NCBI GenBank assembly: GCA_963749705.1
Contig: CAVVNQ010000005.1
Span: 1-51,445 of the forward strand
Length of the DNA stretch: 51,445 nt
DNA from: an uncultured Chloroflexia bacterium
GTDB lineage: Bacteria > Chloroflexota > Limnocylindria > Limnocylindrales > CSP1-4
Direction: 5' to 3'
Positions 20,619 to 29,661 of the stretch are shown here, piece after piece. Positions within the stretch are counted from its first letter, which is position 1. Every line of letters begins with the position of its first letter. The notes under the pieces are model-generated. The model made no database searches. It was given only the letters and a program-made list of their open reading frames with translations, and was not told where the DNA came from. A program made the position numbers and the translations under genes.

Positions 20619-20650
20619 GAAAACCGACCTGACTCGAAAGTCGGTCGGTT
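20619..20650 (-). terminator. Riboswitch expression-platform hairpin, terminator-like
   Basis: Minus strand AACCGACC-GACU-UUCG-AGUC-A-GGUCGGUU, then UUCGUGUUCUU (short U tract). The 5' arm overlaps the 3' end of the aptamer. Confidence 0.65.
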
Positions 20651-20716
20651 GCACTACTCGCTCCGCCTCCACCCTAAGTGCCCAATTCAGGTGGTGGCAT
20701 CAGCGCATTCCGAGGG
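20638..20716 (-). promoter_or_regulatory. c-di-GMP-II riboswitch aptamer
   Basis: Minus strand UCGGAAUGCGCUGAUG-CCACCACCUG-AAUUGGGCACU-UAGGGUGGAGGC-GGAGCGAGUAGUGCAACCGACCGA. It matches the class II pattern: kink-turn GA pairs, GCAC/GUGC pseudoknot, GCAACCGACC and P1 UCGG/CCGA. Confidence 0.88.
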
Positions 20717-20877
20717 TTTCCTTGACGCACCGTACTTTCGTACTAGTGCGGGCCGGACTATATGCGGCGCGTTCTGCCCCGGTCAATACGTAACCCTACC
20801 TATGCGCATCACGCATGGCGGCAAAGGGCTGCAATTCCGTTGCAGTCGCGGCCGCTGGTGTACGGCCGCGGCCACTG

Positions 20878-23800
20878 CTACAGGTCCGCGAGAGCAGGCG
20901 GCTCGACGCCGAGTTGATCGCGAAGGAGGGACGAATAGTGGGCGTACTGTTCTGCGGCTGCGGCCGTCCTCCCACTCGCCTTATACGCCTGCAGAAGGAT
21001 CAGCTCGATGGCGTCTGCTGTCGGTTCTAGTCAGCAAAGCGCCGTGGGCAAGCTCGATCGTGCGGTCGAAATCTCGCCGATCGAACGCGACGGAAATCGC
21101 GCCCTCGACGATGGCCAGTACCGCAGCGTGGAGGGTTTCCCGATAGTCGGTCGCCCATTCCTCGTATGCGAAATCCAATGCGAAGCGCCCGGTATACGTC
21201 TCCAACAGCTCAGCAAGGCGGTCCTTTCCCGTTCGCTTGCAGTCCTTGATCAGACGCCAGCACTGTCGACTGCGGGAGTCCACGAGCTGATCGTCCAGGC
21301 TGACCACCTCGCCGTCGAAGACTACGTATCCGGCGCTGAAGCCTTCCCGATAATCCGGCTCGAACACGCGGCGAAGAAAGTAGATCGTCTGGTGCAACGA
21401 GTTTGCGGCGGTGTCGGGTCCGAGATCCGGCCATAAGGCGTCGAGAGCCTCATCGCGAGTGGCAGCCAAGCTGGGCTTCGATGTCAGGAAACAGAGCAGG
21501 CCAAGGACCTTTCGACGAATTGGCCGCGCCACCGGCTTGCCGCCCAGGAGCACCTCCACCACTCCAAGGTCTCTGATCAGTACGGGGGGTGCGAGCCTGC
21601 GTGCAAGTTCCGCCGCATGCGCCCGGTAGGCTCGGTTCGCCGATCCAAGAGATCTGAACAGTGTGACGTCCTGTGCGGACCCGATCCGCGCAAGCAGTGA
21701 GACGACGGGTATCGCGCACGCCGAGCCTCGGGTGGAGCCAGCAGGCCCCAAGGCAAGGCGAAGGGCCGACCGCCACCTCTTGGGGCACCTCATTGCCTCT
21801 GTGGCTATTTGGTCGCGCGCTGCGGGGGTCATTTGGTGCAGGTTGCGAGCGAGTTCCTCGGCCAACATCGACAAGACTGGCCCCTCGTGAGGGCCGAACC
21901 GGAGGACGGCGCCACTCGGGTCGGCGCCGACGGCGATGGGGGACAGGACGTCGGCCAGGAGTCTGCCGGGTCGGGATCCTTGAGCGATGGCGATATCGAG
22001 CAGCGCCTGAGCGTTGGGTCCAGCGTCATCCTGCTTTCGCGCGATGCTGATTCGAGTTCTGAGCAGCTGACCCCTCAACTCGCCGCCGACGTCGTGGCAG
22101 GGCGACTCAAGGAGCTGCTCCAGCATCGACGACGCCGTTTCAACGTCGTCTCGTCGCAGGGCCAGCACGCCGGAAATCAGCGCCCACAATCCGCGGAAGC
22201 CGGCGTCGAGCGCAGTGGGGCCGACGCGAGCCAGCGCCTCGGCAGCAGCCTCCAGATCGCCTAGGTCGACGAGTAGCTTCGCTGTCTCCAGAGATGCCTC
22301 CTCGCGTGCCAGGACCGCCTGAGACGAGGCGGCCTGCGCCAGGAGGGAAGCCGCTTCATCCATCCGCCCCATGTGTGCGAGCGCGGTAGCGCGTGCTGCC
22401 AAGGCCGCACCGCGCTCGATATCCGGTGATCCGCTCTCCCGGAACCCGAGCTCGGCGGCGATTGACGCTGCAAGAGACTCCTCTGGCTCGCCCAGCCAGA
22501 CCAAGACGGCGGCCAGGTTGAGTCGAGTGATGCTCGCGTATCGAGTGTGCCCCTCGGCATCCTGTCGGCCGGCTAGTGCTCGCAATTCGTCCGCGATGAT
22601 GGTGAGGTCCCCGCGGTGCCCGGCCTCCCACATCAAGACCGTGGCCTTCGCGACTTGTCGCTGTGCCTGCGTCAGGGGGAGCGCGAGCGCGCTAGCGGCA
22701 AGTTCCATCGCTTCGTCGGCAAATCCGCTAACGCCGAGAATGGTGGCTAGGTTCAGCAGGGCGATGCCGCTGTGCGGGCCTCCTTCGGCGCGATTGGCAG
22801 CTTCCCGTGCCAGCCGGATCGCCTTTCCGAGGCTGCCTCTGGCGAACTCAAGTCTCGACCGCAGGACCAGTGCCGCCGGCCGGTCCCGAGGTCCCGCTGA
22901 TCCATCTAGAAACTCCCGCACACCCTCGAACTGACCGGCAGCGAGGACCTGTTCGAGCGAGGCATCTACGACGCGAGCCGCGCTGGCAAGGTCGTGCGCA
23001 GCGCGGAAATGGGCTGCCGCTGCTCGCCAGTCGGTTGCCTCGAGTCCGTTACCCAAATTCCGATGCATTGTCTCAACGCCTAGCGGGCCGGCGGCCGACT
23101 CGAGGCGAGCCTGAAGAAAACCTTGAACGAGCGGATGGAAGCGATGCGGTGTATGCGGATCCGGTCGGGCAAGGAGCCCCAACCGCTCCCCTTGGTTGAT
23201 CAGGGCTCGGATCTCGGCCGGATCTGCCTCGTAGACCATCGAGGCAGTCGCTACGTCGATCCTCCGCAGGAGAGATGCGCGTGTCAGGAAGTCTTGGAGT
23301 TTCTCGGGGAGTGTCTCGATGACCTCCTCGGCGACGTATTGGTATAGATCCCCGTCCGTCTCTGAGAGCTGGTGTACCAGCTGCCTGGGGTCGGTGCCCT
23401 TCGACTCGTCGAGGTTTGTGCGGACGAGGCTGAGCAGGGCGGCCCAACCTTCGGTGCGGGTGATGAGGTCTGTGACGACGTCGGGGTCCAGCGGCTGGTG
23501 GTATGCATCTCGGAACAGGCGCTCAGCCTCCGGCTCGTCGAAGCACAGGGCGTCGCCGTCCAGGCGCGCGAGGGCGCCGCGCGCCCGCAGCCGGCCGAGC
23601 GGGACGCTCGGTGTCGATCGTGTTGCGATGATCACGGAGAAGCCGGCGCCCGTCCGGTCGATGATCGCCCGGACGATGGGTCGTGTCTCCTCGCTGTCGT
23701 CGATGACGTGGTAGTCGTCGAAGATCAGGGTGAAGCCGTCGCGCGTTGCCGCGCCGAACTCGGCCAGCTCCCGGGCAAGGCTCGCAATCAGCTCCGCCTG

Positions 23801-24403
23801 GGTCGGGCCACCGGGTCCGAGCTGCAGGAGGAGACCGAACGTCCCCGGGGCGAACTCGGGATCGAGCTCCCGCCCGCTGCCGACGACGTGCCGAATGAAG
23901 GTGAGCCAGTCCCGATCGTCAAATTCCAGCCGATACCACGCGGTCAGCCGCTGCGTGTGCCGAGCCCAGTCCGCGAGCAGCGTGGTCTTGCCGAAGCCTG
24001 CCTCGGCGACGATCAGGGCGAGGCGACCCGTCGTCGCCCGATCCAGCCAGCCGTTGAGCCGCTCGCGGGACAGAACGTCATCGCGCAGGAGCGGCCGATG
24101 GATCTTCGCGCCCTGGACGGGCAGCGGGTCTGCGCTCACCAGACCGGCCCGGCCGGCGAGCAGCAGCGATCCCGGGACCCCCGGCCCGACAGCGACGAGT
24201 GCATGCCCCTCGTGCCCACCCCTCAACGGCGGAGCCTGCTGAGCCTCCGGCTCGAGACCAAGGCCGTCGTTGGGCGCGAACGATACGGACCGCGCTTCGT
24301 GTTCGTCAACGCGGGCCGCCCGCGGACGCGGCGCAGGCTGGCTCCCGCGCTCCTGGCTGGGGCTTGGTGCGGTTCCGCCGGGCTGATAGGTGGTCGGGGC
24401 CAT
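20878..24403 (-). CDS. Large regulator: MalT-like STAND NTPase, TPR region, winged HTH and BTAD; frameshift near 21031
   Basis: AEAGFGKTT Walker A, LIFDDYH Walker B, TEGWAA, LWPD...NSLHQTIYFLRR and YTGRFALD..YEEW. The shifted frame gives the BTAD end AYKASGRTAAAAEQY...LGVEPP with a stop at 20878. Start is 24403 or 24139. Confidence 0.8.
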
Positions 24404-24491
24404 GCCGCGGATATTGCCGGGCGCTGCTCAACGGCGGCTTATGCGCGACCTCGGCGGATCGTGAAGCCGGCGGGGAGCCGCCGCCGGCATC

Positions 24492-24695
24492 TCAGCCCTC
24501 GTATTCGAAGCCGATCTTCAGGTCGACCTGGTACTCGACGATCTCGCCGTCCTCGATGCGGGCGGTCGACTTCACGACCTCGACGCTCCGGATGTTGCGG
24601 ACGGTCTTGGACGCCGTGGCAACCGCCTGACGAGCAGCGTCGCTCCATGATCGGGGGCTCGTCCCGACCATCTCTCTGATGATGATCACGCCCAC
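24492..24695 (-). CDS. Dodecin family protein
   Basis: EMVGTSPRSWSDAA...ASKTVRNI...EYQVDLKIGF. AGGAGG RBS. Confidence 0.9.
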   Translation of the reverse strand: MGVIIIREMVGTSPRSWSDAARQAVATASKTVRNIRSVEVVKSTARIEDGEIVEYQVDLKIGFEYEG

Positions 24696-24771
24696 GCGAC
24701 TCCTCCTGCTGACTTGCCCGCCAAGCATAGAGCCGGGCGGACGGGTCGCGGCGCGGGCGGATCGGTCGGGG

Positions 24772-25074
24772 TCAGGCGGGCGCGGCAGCCTCGGCACGCA
24801 CCTTGTCGAAGCAGCTGCTGCAGTACACGGGCCGATCGTTGCGAGGCTGAAACGGGACGATCGCCTGGCCGCCGCAGCTGTTGCAGACCGCCGCGTGGTA
24901 TTCGCGCGTTCCCCCGGGCGATCCGCTTCGGGCGCGCTTTGCCGCAGCCCTGCAGGCGGGGCACCGCTGCGGGTCGTTGACCAGGCCCTTGCTGGCGAAG
25001 AAGGCCTGTTCTCCCGACGAGAACACGAATGACTCGCCGCAGTCTCGACAGGACATCGTGCGATCCTGGAACAC
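24772..25074 (-). CDS. Zinc-ribbon / CxxC-x17-CxxC domain protein
   Basis: FQDRTMSCRDCG.SFVFSSGEQAFFASKG...PQRCPAC and CNSCG...PFQP...PVYCSSCF. Confidence 0.88.
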   Translation of the reverse strand: MFQDRTMSCRDCGESFVFSSGEQAFFASKGLVNDPQRCPACRAAAKRARSGSPGGTREYHAAVCNSCGGQAIVPFQPRNDRPVYCSSCFDKVRAEAAAPA

Positions 25075-25226
25075 CCGTCGGTCCCTCCCTGGGCCACGCG
25101 TGGTCGCCAAGCTCTCGTCTCGCGATCGCGACCGGCACGGGCGCGCGCGGGCGGCGGGCACTCGGGCAGGGCGGGCTCGAGCCTGGAGCTCTTTGGGCGG
25201 AGGATACGCGTGGGCGTCAAGCGCCC

Positions 25227-26576
25227 TCAGCCCACGTCGGCGAACCGCTCCCCGGCGTAGTTGACGAAACGGGTCTGCGCCTTGCGGAACCACATGTCGA
25301 TCTCGCCGGTGGGTCCGTTGCGGTGCTTTGACAGCTTGAGCTTCACGACCTCGCCCTCGGTCGTCTGGTCGTCCGACCCGCGTTCCTTCTCGCGCCACAG
25401 GAACATCACCAGGTCCGCGTCCTGCTCGATGCTGCCCGACTCGCGCAGGTCCGAGAGCCGAGGCTCCTTGGACTCGCGCATCTCCGGCTGCCGCGACAGC
25501 TGGCTCAGCGCGAGCACCGGCACCTTGAGCTCCCGGGCCAGGGCCTTCAGCCCGCGCGAGATCTCGGACACCTCCTGGACCCGGTTGGCGTCGCGGGTGG
25601 TGGTCGATGACTGCATCAGCTGGAGATAGTCGACGATCACCAGGTCCAGCCCCGTCTCCGCCTGGAGCCGGCGGGCCTTGGTGCGCAGCTCCATGGTCGT
25701 GATGTTGGGGGTGTCATCGATGTAGATCGAGGCTTCCGACAGCGAGTTCATGGCCGGCGCGATGCGCGCGAAGTCGAGCTCCTCGAGAAAGCCGCTGCGC
25801 AGGCGCTGCGAGTCGATGTTCGCGTTCGACGACAGCAGCCGGAGCACGATCTGCTCCTTGCTCATCTCGAGGCTGAAGATCCCGACGCTCTTCTTGTCCT
25901 TGACCGCGGCGTGCTCCGCGATGTTGAGCGCGAAGCTGGACTTCCCGACCGAGGGGCGGGCGGCAAGGATCACGAGGTCGCTCTTCTGGAGCCCGGTCGT
26001 GAGCGTGTCCAGGTCCTGGAACCCGGTCCGGATCCCGCTGATCTCGCCCCGGTGCGCGTGGAGATAGTCGAGGCGGTCGTACGCGTCGTGGAGCAGGCTC
26101 TTGAGCGGCGCGAACCCGGCGGCCACGCGCCGCTGGCTGACCGCGAACAGCTCTGCCTCGGCGCGATCGACGGCCTCCTGGACCTCCGCCGGGTCCTCGT
26201 AGCCGATGCCCGCGATCTTGCCGGCAGCGCCGATCAGGTTCCGGAGCAGCGACTTGCGCTCGACGATCCGTGCGTACTGGACGGCATGGACCGCCGTCGG
26301 GGTCTGGTTCGACAGCGTCCCGAGGTACGACCGGCCGCCGATGGCCTCGAGGTCCCCGGTGCGCTCGAGCGACTCCGAGACGGTGACGATGTCGATGGGC
26401 TCGCGGCGCTCGAACAGGTCGATCATCGAGCCGAAGATGCGCGCGTGCGCCTGCCGATAGAAGTCCTCGGGGCGCAGGAACTCGGCGACCTCGATGACCG
26501 CGTCACGGTCGATGAGGATCGAGCCCAGCACCGACTGCTCGGCTTCGATGGATTGCGGTGGCAGACGGTCGATCAT
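25227..26576 (-). CDS. dnaB: Replicative DNA helicase
   Basis: PPQSIEAEQSVLG, AARPSVGKS, FSLEMS, DYLQL and DLRESGSIEQDAD. No intein seen. Confidence 0.97.
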   Translation of the reverse strand: MIDRLPPQSIEAEQSVLGSILIDRDAVIEVAEFLRPEDFYRQAHARIFGSMIDLFERREPIDIVTVSESLERTGDLEAIGGRSYLGTLSNQTPTAVHAVQYARIVERKSLLRNLIGAAGKIAGIGYEDPAEVQEAVDRAEAELFAVSQRRVAAGFAPLKSLLHDAYDRLDYLHAHRGEISGIRTGFQDLDTLTTGLQKSDLVILAARPSVGKSSFALNIAEHAAVKDKKSVGIFSLEMSKEQIVLRLLSSNANIDSQRLRSGFLEELDFARIAPAMNSLSEASIYIDDTPNITTMELRTKARRLQAETGLDLVIVDYLQLMQSSTTTRDANRVQEVSEISRGLKALARELKVPVLALSQLSRQPEMRESKEPRLSDLRESGSIEQDADLVMFLWREKERGSDDQTTEGEVVKLKLSKHRNGPTGEIDMWFRKAQTRFVNYAGERFADVG

Positions 26577-26801
26577 GGGTATCCGAGGATGGGGCGGATG
26601 TGTGACAGCTCCACTGTCACCCAGGCGGGGCGCGGCGTGAAGGCGCTTTTCCCCCACGGGTCGGTGGTTATCCCCGAATTGCCCCGATGACCGGCATGGA
26701 ACTGTGGACCGAGCGTGGATGACCGGCGGCACGTCGCGTCCCGCGGCACGGCCGCGCGGCGGAGCTGGCGATGAGCAACGTCCCGGTGTCTACTGTTGCG
26801 C

Positions 26802-27506
26802 ATGGCCGATATCCGGATCATTCCATTCCTCGTGTCCGAGGTACGCCTCGGAGCCGAGGAGCAGGTCACGCTGGCTCGAACGTGGTGGCCTTCGTACGCC
26901 CACGCCGTCGTCCATCGGGACGGCGTGTTCCTGTTCGACAACGGGTGCGGCATCGGCAACGCCGACATCGACGCGATGTTCACGCCGCGGGTGAACCCGA
27001 TCGAAGCGGCCCTGGCTGCGCACGGCATCACGCTCGCCGACGTGACCGGCATCGCCAACTGCCACCTCCACTTCGACCACGCCGGCCAGAACGTCCGCCT
27101 GCCGCGCGGGATCCCGATCTTCGTCCAGCGCCGGGAATGGATGATGGTCCATGAGCCCGACTACACCGTGCCCGAGTGGATCGACGTGCCCGGGCTCCGC
27201 TACGAGGTCATCGACGGCGAGCTCGAGGTTGCCCCCGGTGTTCAGCTGGTGCCGACACCCGGCCACAGCCCCGGTCACCAGTCGCTCCTCGCCTCGGCCT
27301 CGGACGGGACCGTGGTCCTGGCCGGCCAGGCCGTCCAGTCGCGACGCGAATGGGAGGGCGCGACCGACGCGCCATCCTCGGGGGCGGGAAGTGCCCGAGC
27401 CCCCGGGTACGCCGCTTCGGTCCAGCGGCTCCGCGCCGCCGATCCCGTTCGCGTGCACTTCGCGCACGACCCATCCGTGTGGGAACGGGTCCGCGCGCCC
27501 GAGTGA
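26802..27506 (+). CDS. MBL-fold hydrolase, N-acyl-homoserine lactonase-like
   Basis: HLHFDHAG, TPGHSPGHQS and FAHD. Confidence 0.8.
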   Translation: MADIRIIPFLVSEVRLGAEEQVTLARTWWPSYAHAVVHRDGVFLFDNGCGIGNADIDAMFTPRVNPIEAALAAHGITLADVTGIANCHLHFDHAGQNVRLPRGIPIFVQRREWMMVHEPDYTVPEWIDVPGLRYEVIDGELEVAPGVQLVPTPGHSPGHQSLLASASDGTVVLAGQAVQSRREWEGATDAPSSGAGSARAPGYAASVQRLRAADPVRVHFAHDPSVWERVRAPE

Positions 27507-27530
27507 GGCCGCCGTCCCGCAGGCCTTTGG

Positions 27531-28181
27531 TCAGTCGAGGCGACGGATGACGCCGATCAGCTTTCCCTGGATCCTGACCGACGGGTAGAACTGCGGGGCA
27601 TAGCTCGGGTTGGCGGGCTGGAGGCGCACCTGATCCTTCTCGCGGAAGAACCGCTTGAGGGTGACGGCGTTCTCGTCGACCTGGGCCACCACGATGTCAC
27701 CGTCGCGCGCGGTCTCCTGCGGTCGGATGACCACGAAGTCCCCGTCCGCGATGTGCGCTTCGATCATCGAATCGCCGCGGACCCGGAGGACGTAGGCGTC
27801 GCCCGCCGGCGCGAGGATGTCCGGGACGGCCAGCGTCTCCGCTGCCTCCTGGTATGCCTCGATCGGGCCGCCTGCCGCGATCTCGCCGATGATCGGCAGC
27901 GAGTGCGTCTCCGTGGGCACCGCCTGGGGCGTCAGCTCCGCCGCCAGCCCGAGCCTGAGCGCTGCGGTTGGGGTCAGGCGGATCGCACGCGATTGCGCTG
28001 CGCCGCGCTCGAGGAACCCCTCCTTCTCGAGGATCTGGAGATGGTGGTGCACGGCGGACGTGGAGGCGAGCCCGACCGCCTTCGCGATCTCCCGCACGGA
28101 CGGCGGATAGCCGCGCGCGCGGATCGTCGCAGCGATGACGTCCAGGATCTTCCGCTTGCGTTCGGCGTCGTGACGGGTCAC
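27531..28181 (-). CDS. lexA: SOS repressor LexA
   Basis: GYPPSVREI..AVGLASTSAVH, IAAG cleavage site, GDSM (Ser) and TLKR (Lys). Confidence 0.97.
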   Translation of the reverse strand: MTRHDAERKRKILDVIAATIRARGYPPSVREIAKAVGLASTSAVHHHLQILEKEGFLERGAAQSRAIRLTPTAALRLGLAAELTPQAVPTETHSLPIIGEIAAGGPIEAYQEAAETLAVPDILAPAGDAYVLRVRGDSMIEAHIADGDFVVIRPQETARDGDIVVAQVDENAVTLKRFFREKDQVRLQPANPSYAPQFYPSVRIQGKLIGVIRRLD

Positions 28182-28205
28182 GCATCGCCTCCTTTCATGG
28201 AAGCC

Positions 28206-28233
28206 ATCATACCGAACGTCCGTTCGATGTCAA
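28206..28233 (-). promoter_or_regulatory. lexA promoter with SOS box
   Basis: TTGACA-16 nt-TATGAT with CGAAC-N4-GTTCG (28213-28226) in the spacer. Confidence 0.85.
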
Positions 28234-28330
28234 TGATCGCCGGGCGGGGTGGTCGAGCCCCGTTCAGCGGGGCTGATAGACTCGCCATCCCCGGTCGCCA
28301 TTCCTGGCGCCCGGCGACGAGAGGATCAGG

Positions 28331-28891
28331 GTGGCTCGAGCATCGCGGCACGACCGCGACGAACGACACGAATCGGCACGTGATCGCCGCGGCAGGCGTG
28401 TCGGCGTTCGCCGTCTTCTGGGCTGGGCATCGCTGCTGCCGATCGCCAGCCGGGCACCCGTCTACGGTCGCCTGATCTGGGAGCTCATCCGCGACGAGCG
28501 CATCCCGGTCGGCCGCAAGGCGTTGCTCGCGGGTGCGCTCGGATATCTCGTCCTCGGACGCGACCTCGTTCCCGACTACCTTCCGGTGATCGGCGGGCTG
28601 GACGACCTCGTGGTCGTCGTGCTGGCCGTCGACCTGTTCCTCGACGGGGTGCCCGGAGAGCTGCTGGACGAGAAGCTCGACGAGCTGGGGATCGACCGAC
28701 GCGCATTCCGGGAGGACGTCGCGCGGATTCGGCGCTTCACGCCCGGACCGGTGCGGCGCATCCTGCGCCGGGCGCCGGGAGCCGCGACATCGGTCGGCGG
28801 GGCCGCCAGGTCGGCCGGGCAGGCATTGCACAACCATCGGGTCGGGCCGCGAGTCAGGGCCTGGATCCACAAGGAGGGTTCGATCGCGTGA
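28331..28891 (+). CDS. DUF1232/YkvA family protein
   Basis: KALLAGALGYLV...DLVPDYLPVIGGLDD. Confidence 0.8.
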   Translation: MARASRHDRDERHESARDRRGRRVGVRRLLGWASLLPIASRAPVYGRLIWELIRDERIPVGRKALLAGALGYLVLGRDLVPDYLPVIGGLDDLVVVVLAVDLFLDGVPGELLDEKLDELGIDRRAFREDVARIRRFTPGPVRRILRRAPGAATSVGGAARSAGQALHNHRVGPRVRAWIHKEGSIA

Positions 28892-29334
28892 AGGTGATCC
28901 TGACGAAGGACGTCGAGAAGCTCGGCAAGAGCGGCGAGATGAAGACGGTCACGGATGGGTACGCCCAGAACTTCCTGATCCCGAAGAAGCTTGCCGTGTC
29001 GGCCGCGGGCGGCGCCTATCGCGCGTACCAGCACGACATCGCCAGCCGCGAGGAGAAGCGCAAGCGAGAGCGCGAGGAGGCGGAGATCGCCGCCACGCGG
29101 ATCGCGAGCACCACCCTCACGATGGGCGTCAAGGTCGGCGAGGGCGGCAAGCTGTACGGCTCGATCAACAACCAGGACATCGCCGATGCCCTGGGCCGCC
29201 GCGGAATCTCCGTCGACCGGCACAAGATCGACCTCGATCAGCCGATCAAGGCCCTGGGCACCTACAAGGTGGCCATCAAGGTTGCCTCGGGGATGACGCC
29301 CGAGGTGACGATCGTGGTGGAGCCCAAGGGCTAG
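28888..29334 (+). CDS. rplI: 50S ribosomal protein L9
   Basis: MKVILTKDVEKLG...GYAQNFLIPK, GKLYGSI and PIKALG. Confidence 0.97.
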   Translation: MKVILTKDVEKLGKSGEMKTVTDGYAQNFLIPKKLAVSAAGGAYRAYQHDIASREEKRKREREEAEIAATRIASTTLTMGVKVGEGGKLYGSINNQDIADALGRRGISVDRHKIDLDQPIKALGTYKVAIKVASGMTPEVTIVVEPKG

Positions 29335-29370
29335 CGCCAACGGCGCGAGCCGGAGGGCCAGCGCCGATCT

Positions 29371-29554
29371 GCCCGATGCCTCGTGGGCGTCACGCCACGC
29401 CCGTGACGGCTGCGTTGATGCTCGACGAGCATCAACAGGCCGGAACCCGGACTTCTTAAGCCCGCTTCGGGTCGCAGCGACGCCGGGTGGGTGTCAGCTC
29501 GACATGGCCGTCCGTCCGGTGATGCCCCGAGGGCGTCGGCCGGCTCGATCGGGC
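29371..29554 (+). ncRNA. Candidate structured ncRNA of unknown family
   Basis: Terminal pairing GCCCGAU/AUCGGGC plus several internal hairpins. G-U wobbles favour the plus strand. Confidence 0.4.
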
Positions 29555-29661
29555 CTGGGAGGCGCCCGGCCGGGCCCTGATCGCCCGGGCGGGGCGGCGT
29601 GCGCTTGGACGGTGGGATGTGTGACAGGACGGCGTCAACGTCCGAGGCCACAATCGCGGGC

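Noticed and set aside
2249-21040. Frameshifted genes (about 2670, 3230-3370, 10930-11500, 19705, 21031) as pseudogenes or programmed frameshifts
   Set aside because: Motifs are intact on both sides, the indels cluster, and no slippery sites are evident. Sequencing or assembly error is more parsimonious; reads are needed to confirm.
26802-27506. The lactonase as part of the signalling system
   Set aside because: It is separated by housekeeping genes, the family is promiscuous, and no AHL synthase is present.
29340-29600. RNase P RNA, suggested by minus-strand AAGTCCGGGTTCC resembling GAGGAAAGTCCGGGCTCC
   Set aside because: The GAGGAA and 3' ACAGAA...GGCTTA elements are missing and the wobble pairs favour the other strand.
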